63,303 nucleotides of DNA, filler included, from Hyphochytrium catenoides (GCA_900088475.1; 9 parts of 9 records of this genome joined end to end with filler, not necessarily neighbours in it); one strand, 5' to 3'; counted from the whole stretch's first letter, positions 1-13,368 are shown. The notes: generated by a model from the sequence alone, not told the origin. Made by a program: numbers and translations.

Positions 1-208
1 AACAAGAGAGAGAGAGAGAGCTTGAAGAGCTCTAGACTGCCTCATCAGGGTCAGGCAGTACCAACTAAGCTTCTCTCTCTCCCAGTGGAGAAAGAACTTT
101 CAAGCGAAAGAAGAGAGAGAGAGAGGTTAGCGAGTCAAAGGAACATATAGCCCAGGCGGCAATGAACCCCGCAGTCTAAACTCTCTCCCTTATCCCTTTT
201 TCCTTCTT

Positions 209-244
<36 letters not shown>

Positions 245-276
245 CCCTTCTCTCTCTCTCAGGGCTGCCTCGGTAC

Positions 277-1629
277 CTCGTTAACAAGCCTTCCATCGTC
301 TAGCACTTCGAGCTTGAGGTTGTGCTCGCGGGCAATGCCCCTGGCCAGTTCCTCAATGTACCCAGGCGACGCCACGTCCGCTCTCTCGTTTCCTAGATCA
401 CGGCAGAAGACCACTCCGTCCAACAGGACGGAAAGCTCATCCAAAGACTATAAAGGAACAGAACAGTAAGAGAAAGAGGGAGAAAGAGAGAGAGAAGGAT
501 AGAGAGAGAAGGATAGAGAGAGAGAGAGAAGAAGAGAGAGAGAGAGAGAAAGAGAAGAAGAGATAGAGAGAAGAAGAGAGAGAGAAAAAGAGAGAGAGAA
601 AAAGAGAGAGAGAAAAGGTGAGAGAGAGAGAACGAGGGAGAGACAGAGAGAGAGAAGGAGAGAAAGAGAGAGAAAAGGAGGGAGAGAGAGAGGTAAGGAG
701 AGAGAGAAGAAAAGAGAGAGAGACAGAGACACTGTGTTAGAAGCGTCTCCAAATGGAAAAAAGGGAAAACAAAAAGAAGGAGAGAATGAAGGTAAGAAAG
801 GAGAAGCTTCATCTTTGTTTTTACCTTCTGCAGGGCGGCGTTATCTTTAGAAAAGATCTGAAGCTCCTCAAGTCNNNNNNNNNNNNAGAGAGAGAGAGAG
901 AGAGAGAGGGGTGCGCGTGTGAGGGAAAGAGGAGAGAGTGAGAGGAGGAGAGAGAGGAAGAGAAGACAAGCAGGAGAGACAGAAGAGGGAAAAGACAGCG
1001 AGAGAGGAGTGGGAGGGTGCGAGAAAGAACCAAGGCAAGAGAAAGATGAGAGAGCCGCAAAGAAGTGAAAGACGCAAACGAACAAAAAAAAAGAGAGAGA
1101 GAGAAGAGAGAGAAGGGCAGATAAGAGGATGTGTTTGTCAAGGAGGCAAAGAAAAGAGAGAGAAGAGCAGAGGAGAGAGACGCAACCGACAGATGGCAGT
1201 ATATAGTAAAGGAGAAACGTAAGAGAGATTGGGAATGGAGAAAGTGTGGGAAAAGAGAGAGAGAGAAGTTCAACGTAGAAGGAGATAGAGAGCAGAGAGA
1301 GAGAGAGAGAGCAGGCGACAAGGATAGGGGACGCCGAAGATTTGCGTGAACAGAGAGAGAGAGAGAGAGACCTTTGCCATCCAGAGACAGACATCCTCAT
1401 GTTTGAGATTTGACAGCGTGGGAGGGAAGTAAAGAGCCTTCTTCACACCTATCGGACATGCAGCGCGTGAGAGNNNNNNNNNNNNNNNNNNNNNNNNNNN
1501 NNNNNNNNNNNNNNNNNNNNNNAGAGAGAGAGAGAGAGAGAGAGACTGCTGAGAACCAGGGCAACGCTTGAGCGTGTACAGGTCAATCATTCACCAAAGG
1601 GACCTCATGCCTCTTCACTTTTCCTTTCA

Positions 1630-1662
<33 letters not shown>

Positions 1663-2731
1663 CTATCTATCTTTTTCCTTCTCTCCCGGCTACACTACGC
1701 ACCGCGCTCTTTCAGGTGATTAGCGGCTGCCACAGTGTTTGTGATAAGGCTATCGCGCTTGACCTTGGACTCATCGCCTGCAAGGAAAGAGAGAAAGAAA
1801 GAGAGAGTTCGTGGAGCGCGTTAATGAGATTTAAGCCTCCCCGCCCCCCTCAGTGAGATTTTCTTCTCTCTCCTTCTCTCTCTCTCTCTCTCTCTCTGTG
1901 CCACACTCTCCGTACTCCTTGAAAATCTCACCTCCGCCGTCAATTGGGGTTTTCCCTTCGTCCTCTATGCCCTAATGCCAACCACACTCTCTTCTTCTCT
2001 CTCTCTCTCTCTCTTCCTCTCTCTCTCTCTCTCTCTTATCTTCTCTCTCTCTCTCTTCTCCTTTGGTCGTCTTCGCTTTCTGACCTAGAGTCACTAGCAC
2101 ACAGTGGTCCACGCCTCCTAGTCCATAGAGATCAATGCATCGCCCGCCGTCTGCTGTCTTGAGCTCTGACTGGAGAGAGGAGGGGAGAGAGAGAGAGAGA
2201 CTGTCCAGATTCTGCTGGGTCGCAAAAAGAACCGGAGTGAAATCACCATAGTTCTCAACACTGTGGAGAGAGANNNNNNNNNNAGCGTCAATCACAAAGC
2301 GTACTCTGCTGTTCTGAGACTCAGGCGGACGCCGGCGCTGCTTCTTGGGAACTCAGCAGCATTGAGAGGCTCTCTGATCTGCAGAAGGAGATAGATGGCC
2401 CCCAAATAAACAGAGAGAGCGAGAGATTAAAAAGGATAAAGAGAGAGAGAGAGAGAGAGAGAGAGGCAAATGAAGTGATGGGAAGATAGATTGGAAAGCA
2501 TAGCGTAAGGTACAGGAAGAAAGAGAGAATAAAGGAGAGAGCGAGAGAAAAGAACAGAGAGAGCGGGTTGAAAGAAACAGAGAGAGGGAGAAAGAAAGGA
2601 ATAGAAACACATATATATATGTAGAGAGAGAGAGAGACAAGGGATCGGAGAGAGCGAGAGCGACAGATAAAGGAACTGATAGAGAGAGAGATAAAATAAA
2701 GCAGAAGCGAACCGTGTGCAATGGGAGACAG

Positions 2732-2774
<43 letters not shown>

Positions 2775-3094
2775 GAGAGGGAGGAGAAAGAGAGAATTAT
2801 AGCCCTCTATACAGGAAAACCCTAACAAATTCCCAAGGGCCTCACCTTTCCAGAGGTCAACTGATGTCCAGACCTGACCATAGTTCTCAGCGGAAGAGAG
2901 AGAGACGCGCCGAGGCGAGGAGAGAGAGACAAGCTGCTGGTAAGAGCTCTGGAAGGCCTTGACGCGGGTGGGGAAGAGAGAGACTGCCGGGAAGAGAGAG
3001 CGAAGGCGCGTGCAGAGACCTTGTTCCACGCTCTTTCTCTCTCTTGAAGAAAGAACCGGCTGGCAGTGCGAGACAAGGATCTAAGCGTTCTCAT
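277..3094 (-). CDS. M17 family leucyl aminopeptidase, 5' part, multi-exon, with probable mitochondrial presequence; 3' end runs off the window
   Basis: GT-AG exons 3094-2846, 2388-2305, 2261-2085, 1777-1703, ~1473-1372, 874-825 and 447-277 splice in frame where not interrupted by N gaps (GK|IREP, VTLG|DESKV, LQK|SLDE). The last visible exon DGVVFCRDLGNERADVASPGYIEELARGIA matches the M17 'RDL.N.P.N...P' region. The N-terminus MRTLRSLSRTASRFF is Arg/Ser-rich. At least one exon is probably lost in an N gap. Confidence 0.8.
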
Positions 3095-3274
3095 TGAAAT
3101 CTATGAGGGAGAACTGCAGGGGGATGAGATGGTTGAAGAGTTAGTCAGAGAAGGGAACAACTTCGAACACGTTGACAGAGAGAGGGGAAGACATCAGACA
3201 GAGATAAGGAAGGAAACATGCCGGAGGAGGGGAGAGAAAGAGAGAGGGAGAGAAAGAGAGAGCTAGCGAGAGCT

Positions 3275-3321
<47 letters not shown>

Positions 3322-3598
3322 ATCGTTTTATTCTCCTGACATCATCATCAGAACCCACAAAGGAACCACAACCCTCCAGATCGGATATTATTCCTGATGC
3401 AAAACATTAAATTCTAGTATCATCACTTCAAAAGACTCTATATCCCGAACAGCGGAGGGCGTGTTTTGCCGTCTGTCGCAGTGGGCTTCAGATCTTTGGT
3501 TGCGTCTCGTCCTCCGCAGCTGGTCTGCTTCTTGCAGCTCTAGTCTCTCTCTCTCTCTCTCTCTCTNNNNNNNNNNNNNNNNNNNNNNNNNNNNNNNN

Positions 3599-3630
<32 letters not shown>

Positions 3631-4101
3631 GTGAATCCTTGCTCTCTTCTCTCTTTCATTGCTCCTTTCCTCTATCTTAGTCGTCCTTCTTCTTTGAGGA
3701 AGATAAGGCTGCAGGCACGACAGAGCAATCGCCCGGCTAGAGATCTTCTTCCTCCTATCTTCACTAGGACCTATCGCTGTCATTGCCAAGCTAGCGGCTG
3801 CAGCTCTAGCGCGCTAATAAGAGAGAGAAAGAAAGCTGTGGGCTTCGCCGGTGCCGCAGATGACTTGCCAAGCGCTAGGCGACGGCGAAAGAAGAGAAAG
3901 ACACATTTCCCCAGCGCTCTAGACTTCTGTCCCGAGGCAAGGGCTGAAGACTGCAGAAGAAAGTAAAACGCTGCTCTGTCTCTATTTATAAAAAGAAAAA
4001 TCCTATACATCTTCCATACTTCTCAGCGCTTTTCCATCTCTCTTCTGCCATCATCAGTTGCACGGCCTTGTCTACTCAGCTTCTCCACCTCAGAATGGAC
4101 C

Positions 4102-4397
4102 TCAAGAGGACAGCAGGACGGCAGAGCGGACTCCTGCCACTGGCAGCGTGATACCTTTTCTAGACTTTAGCCAGCACGTTCCGCCGCCGTAGTTGCTCCA
4201 AGAGAAAGCATTGCAGTTGGCAGTGGAGCGGCAAGCGTCGCAGCAATCTTCTGCCCTTGGGCGCTTCACATCCATGAGATCATTGGCCACGTAGTCTACG
4301 TTCTCCTCAATCGAAGGACAGACCGAGCTGATGACAGCAGAACGAACACCAAGAGAGCGCTTTGTGCTTCCTTTCTGACTCTTCAGCCAGCATGTAC
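4102..4397 (-). CDS. C-terminal part of a tandem PAN/Apple-domain (CBEL-like lectin) protein, 5' truncated
   Basis: Translation ...TCWLKSQKG...GVRSAV..CPSIEENVDYVANDL...EDCCDACRSTANCNAFSWSNYGGGTCWLKSRKG...GVRSAVLLSS* shows two successive Apple repeats with the cysteine and WLKS pattern typical of oomycete CBEL-family proteins. Confidence 0.85.
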
Positions 4398-4497
4398 NNN
4401 NNNNNNNNNNNNNNNNNNNNNNNNNNNNNNNNNNNNNNNNNTTAATTAATTAANNNNNNNNNNNNNNNNNNNNNNNNNNNNNNNNNNNNNNNNNNNN
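4398..4497. other. Artificial contig spacer
   Basis: 44 N + TTAATTAATTAA (stops in all six frames) + 44 N. Confidence 0.97.
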
Positions 4498-5477
4498 AGA
4501 GAGAGAGAGAGAGACATTCTTGCCTTATGAGCGCTGGTTGTTTGTCGCGTTTATTGGACTGATTGATCTTTCTTGGACCCATTTCACAGGGGCAGAGAGG
4601 GAGGACCATGCACCACCGTCAAGACGGCTTGCTGTCAGCTCCTTGGACAACTATCGAGCTCGAAAGGTAGTCCAGACAGCTTAGGCGCTGGACGATAGAG
4701 GTAGGAAGGGGACGAGAAGAGAGAAGAAGATGGAGGCTCCAAGCACGCCGAGAAAGAGGGTGCGGGCGGGGGAGAAGATGGGAAAGAGATGCTGGAGAAG
4801 AGGAGAGAGCATGGTGCATGCACCTAAGGACTTCCTCTTCTTGCTCGTCCACTCCCCTCGTCATCCTTCTTCTTTCTTCTTACTTCTTTCTAAGAAGAAA
4901 CAGCTTCCTTCTTTCCCTGGACAGAGAAGAGATGCGATGGAGACAGAGGAAGCAGATCAAAGGACTTTATCTATAGAACTTAGTGTCTTTATTATCTAGA
5001 GAGGAAAGAGATAGTTTGTCTTAGCGTTTATTACTCTTGCATAGTCGTCTTTAAAATGTACTACCTGCATGTCTCCTCATCACCAGCTTCTCTTCTTCTG
5101 CTGCGGAGGATCTCGTGGTGGAAAGGAAGGGAAGAGGCAGCAGGGCAAGGAGGAGGCGAGGAAGATGGAGAAGAGAGAGAGAAGGCAGGAAAAGAACTGC
5201 CCAGGCCAACCAGAGAGAAAGGGAGAGAGAGAGTTCGCTGAGATGGTCAAAATTACTGCTGGTTCGTGTGATAAGAAGGAAAGGCGGAGAGTTTATTGGA
5301 CGAGAGAAGAGGGGCCGCACGCTCCTGTCTTCCAGACAACAGAGGACGTTGTGATCCTGGCGATCTTCTTCCTGACAAAGGCAAGCTGATGGCCTTAAGT
5401 TCGTCGAGGAGGCCATCTCTCTCTCTCTCTCTCTCTCTCNNNNNNNNNNNNNNNNNNNNTCTCTCTCTCTCCCCCTA

Positions 5478-5512
<35 letters not shown>

Positions 5513-7131
5513 AAGACTTCAGGAGGAGGAAAGGACGCATCCAGCAAGCGAGAGAGCCGCTAACCGCTATCAAAGAGCCAACCGTTACTGACAAGAAAAG
5601 GCGTTAGCGGCTTTGTCGGATGAATATCCCACACTAGCAGCCCCCTTGCTGTCTGTCCGTTACAGAAGTGCACTGGGACTCCCCTCNNNNNNNNNNNNNN
5701 NNNNNNNNNNNNNNNNNNNNNNNNNNNNNNNNNNNNNNNNNNTCTCTCTCTCTCTCTCTCTCTCTTTGTCTTTCTCTTCTCTCTCGCTCTCTTGTGTCTC
5801 TCTCTTGGACTTCTCTCTCTCTCTCTCTCTGCATGTTCTTCTTGGAGCTCACCTCGGTTTCGTCTGCCAGGATTCCCTTTGCCTCTCTTCCCCGATTCCT
5901 GTCCGATATTTGGCTGCTAACAAGCCCTCTGCCAACCCTCTCACCTCTGAGACTCGCTCTGTCTTGCTTGTCTGTCTATCCTTCTCTCCGTCGTTTACCT
6001 CTGTTTCCCTTCTCTCTTGTTCATTCGTCTGTCCTGATCATCAGACGCCTTTGACCCGCATCACCACGTTGGAAGGAGAAGACGAGTAAAGAGAAAGAGA
6101 GCAAGAGAGGGAGAGAAAGAGAGCAAGAGAGGGAGAGAGAAAAGAGAGAGGAAAGGATAGAGAGAGGAAGGATGAGAGAGAGAGGGGTTCAGAAAAAAAG
6201 AGCGAGAAGACACAGAGACAGAGATAGATAGAGTAAAGGAGAAGGAGAGGAAAGAGGGTGATGGGAGAAGGGAAGTTACCGGAAGACGGGCCGGGATGGA
6301 GCAACAACTTGTCCCCATGCGAGACGAGAGAAGAGCCGCAGATGTGAGAAGATAAAAGGAGAAAAGAGGGCGAGAGTAACGAAGTGGGAGAGAAGAGCAT
6401 GCAGCAGCGGAAGGCCAAGGAGAGAGAAACCGAGTTAAGGCTACTGCTGGTGGCCTCTCCTCCACAGTAAGTACATCGCCGCGTTCTTCGCCTCCTCCGC
6501 AAGTTCTTGCTTCCAGGCACCACGGGAACTGTCGAATAACCTCTCTCTCTCTCTAGGTCTCCTTCACTTTCTGTCCATCTCCCTTTCTCCCGGCTCTGTC
6601 TCTCTGTCCTTCTCTCTCTCTCTCTCTTCTACGCAGTCCCCTAGCTTCGCAAGCATCTGCAACATGCCCGGCCTTCATAGCTCCCAACGCTAATCTCTTC
6701 TTCTTCTTTCTTTCTTTCTCTCTCTCTGCCCTTCCATTCAGCTCTCTCGGCACCTCGTTGTGCGCCAACACTTCCTACTGCCGGAACCCACTAGGCTCCT
6801 CATCTTATAACTCTCTCTCTCTCCCCACTCGCTCCTCTTCTAACCCCATCTAGGAGAGCATCTCTCGGAGAGCATCTCTCTTCTCCTTCACAACTAATAA
6901 TCTCTCGTTTTCTCCCCTTAGCTTCCGGACATCATTACAGTGGGGGAAACAAGAGAGAGAAAACGAAAGAGAGAAAGAGAAGAGAGAAGAGGAAACAATG
7001 AATGGAGAGCTGAAGTGAGATGTGGCTGCCTTGGATCGTGGGAGGTGGAAATGAAACAAGGGAGAAAAAAGAGAATCTTATGAGAGGAGAGAAGGTCCTG
7101 AGTTAAGAAGCAGTAGCCGCGGCTCGGAGCC

Positions 7132-10100
7132 ATGGTCACCAAGAAGGTGAATAGACTACCATCGTCCTCTCTGTCTCTTTCTCTCTCTCTGTCGACTAAT
7201 GAGCCTCTCTTTCCTGTTTCCTCCAATGGAGTTTCTTCCTTTCCCCATGCCAATGGCAGATGCCCGTGTCCTTTGTTCTCAATAAACGTTAGCTCTTTCC
7301 ATAACCTGTGTCTTACTTTGCTTATCTTCCTCTCTCCATTGTGTCTTTCCCTTCTCCTCACCTACTCCATTGCTACATTCCGTTTCTCTCTCCTTCTCTC
7401 TCTCTCCCTCTCTCTCACGCACACACACACGCACACACACGCTCTCTCTCTCACACACACACACTCTCTCTCTCTCTCAGTCTCTTTCTCTGCCGACCTT
7501 CGTTTCCTCTTCTCTATTCTTCCCCACTCTCCCATTAGAAGAGTAACACTAACTCACTTTCCCTCTTCTCTATCCTCTTTGCCTCTCAACGATCCCACGC
7601 TCTCTGAACGCTTCTTTCCAGGGTATACACGGCGGCACTTCTCCTTTCTCAAGCACTTCCGTGGTTCCCATCGGCAGTCTCCCCTCAGGAAGCAGCAGGA
7701 ATCTGAGCGCTCGGCATGCTTCCTCTGCCCTCGCGCCTCTCGGCTCTAGCAGCGGACTGATCGGAGGAGGAGAGAGAGAAGAGGAAGAAGAGAATCATGG
7801 AGGAGAAGAAAGAGATGGTAGGAGAAAGGAGAGAGGAGGAAATGAACGGAGATCCACGTCCTCTGTCTCTCCCTCTTTCTCTCCTTCATCAGCTCCAGTC
7901 TCCGCGGCCACCATAACCCCGCCGACGGCGTCTCAAACTTCTCTCTCTCCCTTAACAACTTTTTTTCCTTCTTCTTCTGACGAAGACCCTCTCTCCTCTC
8001 TCTCTGCCTCTCTCCTCCAATGGTGGAGTAGCTTTCTCTCCGTCCTGAGGACTCGCTTCTGGGATGGCGCCAAGATAATGCTGCAGCTTAACGTTATCAT
8101 GACAGGAACACTAGCCATCTGGTGGGGCATCTCTCTCCTCATTGTCTTCTCCGTCGTCCAATATCCCTGTCAGTACTCTTTCTCTTCCCCCGGAGACGGA
8201 AAGAGTGGAGGAGAAGAGAGAGAAGGAGAGAGAAGAGGCGAGGGAGAGAGAGTGTACGGCTGTTATCAATGGCCTTCCGAGCCTCCTCTATCGGCAGAAG
8301 CAAAGATTGAGCTGATCAATACGTTTGCTTATTTCTTAGAGAATGGCTGGGGAGCTTACCTCTACGCCATCTTCGTCAGTGGACCTTTCTCTCATAGCGC
8401 GGTCATCATCTTCTCTCTCTCTATCGCAAAGTGGAAGTATAGAGAACTCTATGGAGAGAGACACAAGCTTCTTATCTTGATCACATTCCTCGACGTCCTT
8501 CTCTCTCCTCCGCTAGGAAACTATGTGGCCTTCACCTATGGACTGGGGCTGGCTGTGATGCTTCCATATACCTCCGCTCTCGTCCTCGTCTTTTGGCATG
8601 GGAAAGCCATAGTAATGTACCTGGAAGAGGCCAAGAGAAAGGGAGAGAAATGGCGACTGGAAAACGTGCCTTTCTCTCCCTCACTGTCGTCTCTCTCTCC
8701 TCCTCCACCTCCTCTTCCTCCTCCTGTTCTATCTTCTCCTGCAGGTCATGCTCTGCCATCATGCTTGGAACGGCGGCGGGCAGAGGCAGAGGCAAATGGA
8801 GAAGAGAAGAAGAAGAGAGAAGAGAACGTGCTCCACTCTTCCTTTCCTCCTGTCTCCTCCTCCTCTTCTTTAACGTCATCTGCTGCCTTCTCTCCTTCTC
8901 TGGCCAAGAGAGAGGAAGAAGACAGAGGACAGAAGGAAGATAGAGCCTTGGCAGGACAGAGAGCACCAACGGAGAGAGACGACAAGGGAAAGAAGAACCT
9001 TGCTCTTCTTCTCTCTTCTCCTCCTTCTGCCTCCTCTCCCTCATCACCCGCTCCTCCTTCCTCTTCAATCACGCCTCTGTCTCGATGGAAGCTCATCCAT
9101 TATAACGCTTTCGGCTGCCTCTCTTCCTTCATTATCCTCCTCCTGAGCACGAAAGTGATGTTCCCCGCGCATCTCTACATCCTCCAGGCCGACAGAGAGA
9201 GCGGAGGCACTGTCCGACAGCTCATTTTCTCTTCTATCGCTATTCCTCTCGGCTCTCTCGCTGCTCAGGCGTACGTCCGATACATTGGCTATAAGATGAG
9301 CAGGGCGGGATATTATGGAGAAGAGTCCTCTCTCTCTCTCGCGAGCTGGTACCCTCATGTCCTCATTCTGACCCAGGCGACGTCTCTCTCCCAAAGACTG
9401 ATCAGCACGCAGCAGGGAAAGGTTGCTCTCTTAGCGCTTTTGTCTGGGATGGTCTCTGTCATGGGCGTCCTGACGATTGGACTGAGAGACTCTCTCCTCT
9501 TTTCTCAGCTCAGGAGAGAGATGAACCCTCTTCGTCTCTTCTACTGGTGCTGGGGAAGGAGGAGAAGAGGAAGAGGAGGAAGAAGAAGAAGTAGTAGCAG
9601 TGCCACCACCACCTGCCAGCAGGAAGGAAAGAGACGCATATCGTCTTCGTCGTCTCCTTTGGATGCCTCTCTTCCTCCTCAGCTCCCTTCCGTTCTTGAG
9701 GAGAGAACGAAAAAGGGAGAGAGAGAAGAAAGGAGTGTCCTGCAGCCGCAGCAGGGAGAGAGAGAAGAGGCAGGAGAGAGAAGAGAAGAGGGAGAAGAGA
9801 CAAAGAGAAGAAGAAGAGGAGGCCTCTCTCCTGCTCTTACCATGGTCTGGTCCTGTTCTTCTCTCGCAACGGTGGTGACTTACTCTCTCAGCGTCGGCTT
9901 TGCTAGCACAATGATAGGAACGACCAAGTATACGCTAAGAACGTTGATCGGTCTCTGTCCAAGAGAGACTGTCTCTCTCTCTCTCGTGCTTGGACTCATC
10001 TCTAGCACGCTCTGGAACATCTTTCTCCAGTCTTCTATCTCCTGTGTGCAGATGCTTCTCGTTCTCTTTCTCTTGGAGTCCTACGGCGTGAAGGTGCTCG

Positions 10101-10261
10101 ACGTTTGGAGAGAGAACCAGAGAGCAATGATTGTCTGCGCCGTTCTTCTCATCTTCTTTGCAGGTTTTTTCCTGGTTCCTGCCTGCGTGGGATACTTTGT
10201 ACACAGGACATTGCTGCTCATAGAGGATCCGGAGACCGTGTGCAGCTACTTGGAGACATAG
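7132..10261 (+). CDS. Orphan multi-pass membrane protein with low-complexity loops; probable exons 7132-7146 and 7622-10261
   Basis: Uninterrupted ORF of >860 codons with several blocks of hydrophobic helices. The upstream ATGGTCACCAAGAAG|gtgaat donor and ttccag|GGT acceptor join in frame (MVTKK|GIHGG). Exon 1 is inferred. Confidence 0.7.
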
Positions 10262-10265
10262 AGAA

Positions 10266-10300
<35 letters not shown>

Positions 10301-10310
10301 NNNNNNNNNN

Positions 10311-10345
<35 letters not shown>

Positions 10346-11845
10346 GTAGCACCTTCAGGGACGGAAACATGAAGGGTTCAGGCTCTGGTGATAAGAGCAT
10401 CAAGAGCAGGAAAGAGAGAGAGACGGAAAGCAAGAAGGAAGACGAAGCAGAAGACATCGCGGCAGGAAGAGAAGTGAGAGAGAGAGAGAGAGAGAAGCAG
10501 GCCCCGTTGGACGGAGTTCTGTCCTTTATAATAGACAACTGGCGTTGTATATAGAAGAACACCAAGCCGCTCTAGATTGAACGTCTTTCTATTTACTAAG
10601 TTTATATAAATGCTAAGAGTGAAGTCCCTTTCTCTCTCTCTCTCTTTCTCTCTCTCTCACTCTGCACCCTGTGCTTAGTCCGGCGCATCTCCCGGCGGGT
10701 AACTCAGAGCGCGTTTGATAAACTCTCTCTCTATCTCTCTCTGTGTCTCTTTCTCTCTCTCTGTCTCTATTCTTCTACATAGTTGCTATCTGTGCGTCTG
10801 CAGGAAGAAGAAAGGCAGACCAGCAAGAGAGAAAGTGAATGGGAAGTGAGAAACAGAGAGCTGGAGCTGAGAGAAGAGCAGTAACGGTGTGGGAGAAAGG
10901 AGGAGAGAGAGCAGTAAAGGCAGAAAGAGAGGAGAATGTAGGGAGAGCAACGATCAAGGACAAGAATCTCTGTCTTCTGACACTTCTTCCGGGCGGTGCT
11001 GCCTAGTAGGATGGATGGAAGAAGGGGCCGTCGGACAGAGAGAGCGAGAGCGAGAGCGAGAGCGAGAGAGAGAGAGAGNNNNNNNNNNNNNNNNNNNNNN
11101 NNNNNNNNNNNNNNNNNNNNNNNNNNNNNNNNNNNNNNNNNNNNNGGAGAGAATGAGAGGAGGGAGACCATAAAAGATATGAAAACACAATGTGAGAGGT
11201 ACATCGTAGGAGAGAGAACAGGGTGGTGGGGGGAAAGGAGGGGAGAGAGAGAGGCGAAGAGACGGACAGAGAGACCAGGAAACGGAGAGAGAGAGAGAGA
11301 AGAAATGATTCAGATGAAACGAGAGATTGGGATAACCCGTCCTTCTCTCTTCGAAAGGAACAGTTCTATGTTCAAAAGTGAATTAGCTGATGCTGATGAA
11401 CTACTCTCTTCTCTTCTCTCTCCCGCCCTTCTCTCCCTATCTCTGTCTCTCTCGTGTGCCGCGCTGGCGATGACCGTGCTGATGCTGATTGAGTGAAGGC
11501 ACAGAAAAGAGTGTATCTCGAAGATGATGTGCGCCTTTCTGTGCTGGGTCAGGCTACTTACCCAGAGAGAGATATGAGAGAGAGAGAGAGAGAGTGAGTG
11601 AGAAAGAGGGGCAAGGTCATCTCTCTCGTGTATGCTAAGGCTTAGGTCGTTCCTATGAGAGTCCTGAGCTTGTAATGGTCTTCCTCTTTCTCCCTACAAG
11701 TACAAGGATCACATCGTCCTAGCCTCCTTTCTCCATTCCACCTCACAGTCTCCTCTCTCTCTCTCTCTCGTTCCTTGTCTCGTGGTTTTGTTGTTCCTGA
11801 TACAAGCTGATTTGGCTGAGATTATGCACTTTCTGTACCACCCCT

Positions 11846-11945
11846 NNNNNNNNNNNNNNNNNNNNNNNNNNNNNNNNNNNNNNNNNNNNTTAATTAATTA
11901 ANNNNNNNNNNNNNNNNNNNNNNNNNNNNNNNNNNNNNNNNNNNN
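11846..11945. other. Artificial contig spacer
   Basis: 44 N + TTAATTAATTAA + 44 N. Confidence 0.97.
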
Positions 11946-12293
11946 AGAGAGAGAGAGAGAGAGAGAGAGAGGTAGGCAAAGAGAGAAAAAGAGAGAAGAC
12001 AGACAGAGTGAGAAGAAGGAAGGAGTCAAACAGCAGAAGAAAGAGTGATTGATGGCAAGAGAGGAGAAGGCCCGAGATGGATGGAGATGGATAAAACGAG
12101 ACAGATAGAGAGCAGTCACAACTGGAAGAGGAGAGAGAAGAGAAGATCGCTAGGAGGCAGCAGTTTGTCGAGAAGGTCCTGGGACTCTCTTCTCTCCTGT
12201 TATTCGCATGGGTTCATCCTCTCACGCCTCTCTTTCTTCTTTTTCGCTCTCTCTCCCTTTCATCTCTCTCTCTCTCTCTCTTTTATCTTTTAC

Positions 12294-13368
12294 CTTGGTG
12301 CAGTCCTGGATCCGTCTACCGCTGCTGCTGAATGCGATTACCAAATAGCGGAGGAACAGGCATTCAACACAGAGAGAGAGAGACGACAAAGAGAAAAGAG
12401 ACAGAAAGAGACAGAAAGGGAGTGTCAGTGGCACGCGAAAGCGCTTTGGGTTCACGATGAGGAGGAGGAAAAAAGGACCGAGAGGAAGAGGAAATGAGAA
12501 CAAGAGAGAGGAACATGAACAAGAGAGAGAGAAAGAAAGGAGAACGACAAGAGAGAGGGCACTACCTCTGCCTTCCGCGCTCTTCTCCAGCCTTTTCTTC
12601 TCTTCAAACTTCTGTCTCAAGCTGACAAGAAAGCGCTTCTTCCCGTCGAGCGTGGAGCCTCCCATCGCCTGAATGACCCGGAACTTCTTATCTTCCTTTA
12701 GCTCTAAGAGATACCTAAGGAGAGCGATCGGGACAAAGAGAAGAGAAAGAAAGAGAGAGAGAGAGAGAGAGAGAAAAAAAAAGAGAGAAAAGGAGAGAGA
12801 GAGAGATACTCAGCGTGTGACACGTGACAAGATTATAAAAGGGAAGGCTCCCAGATCACCCCATGGCCATCAAGGTGAGAAAAAAAGTCTGAAAAGAGAG
12901 AGAGACAAATAAAGAGAGAAAGAAAGAGAGACAGAGAGCGAAGAAGAAGAAGAGGAGGGGAGAAGAAGAGAACCCATAGACTAGAGTTCCACCGTAAGTG
13001 AAGATAGCAAAAGTAAGACAAAGCTCCATGCCGCAGAAAGAGAAGTCAGGGGAGACAGAAGAGATGCAGAAGCGAGGGAAGACCCAGAAGGAGGAGAACA
13101 CAGGGAGACCCAGAGCTCACGGATCCCAACAGAGAGAGAGAGAGAGAGCAAAACAGAGAGAGAGAGAGAGAGAGAATAAAAAGGGGAGAGAGAGAGGGAG
13201 AAAGAGATGTATAAGTTACCGGCAGAGCTCTGATGTCTCTTCCCCTGTCAGTCCAGCCAGTGCCTGGAGGAAGGTGGCGGTGGCCTCTCCGGGGAGAGTC
13301 TGCAGCACTTTACTGAGCTCATCACGCGGGCTCGTCTCCTCTGTCTTCACATTCAACGAGTCCGACAT
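12294..13368 (-). CDS. 5' part of a spliced gene of unknown function (exons 13368-13220, 12714-12566, probably 12327-12294)
   Basis: MSDSLNVKTEE...ETSELC(R|)YLLELKEDKKFRVIQAMGGSTLDGKKRFLVSLRQKFEEKK...; non-repetitive exons embedded in microsatellite introns, with phase-compatible GT-AG boundaries. Confidence 0.6.
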
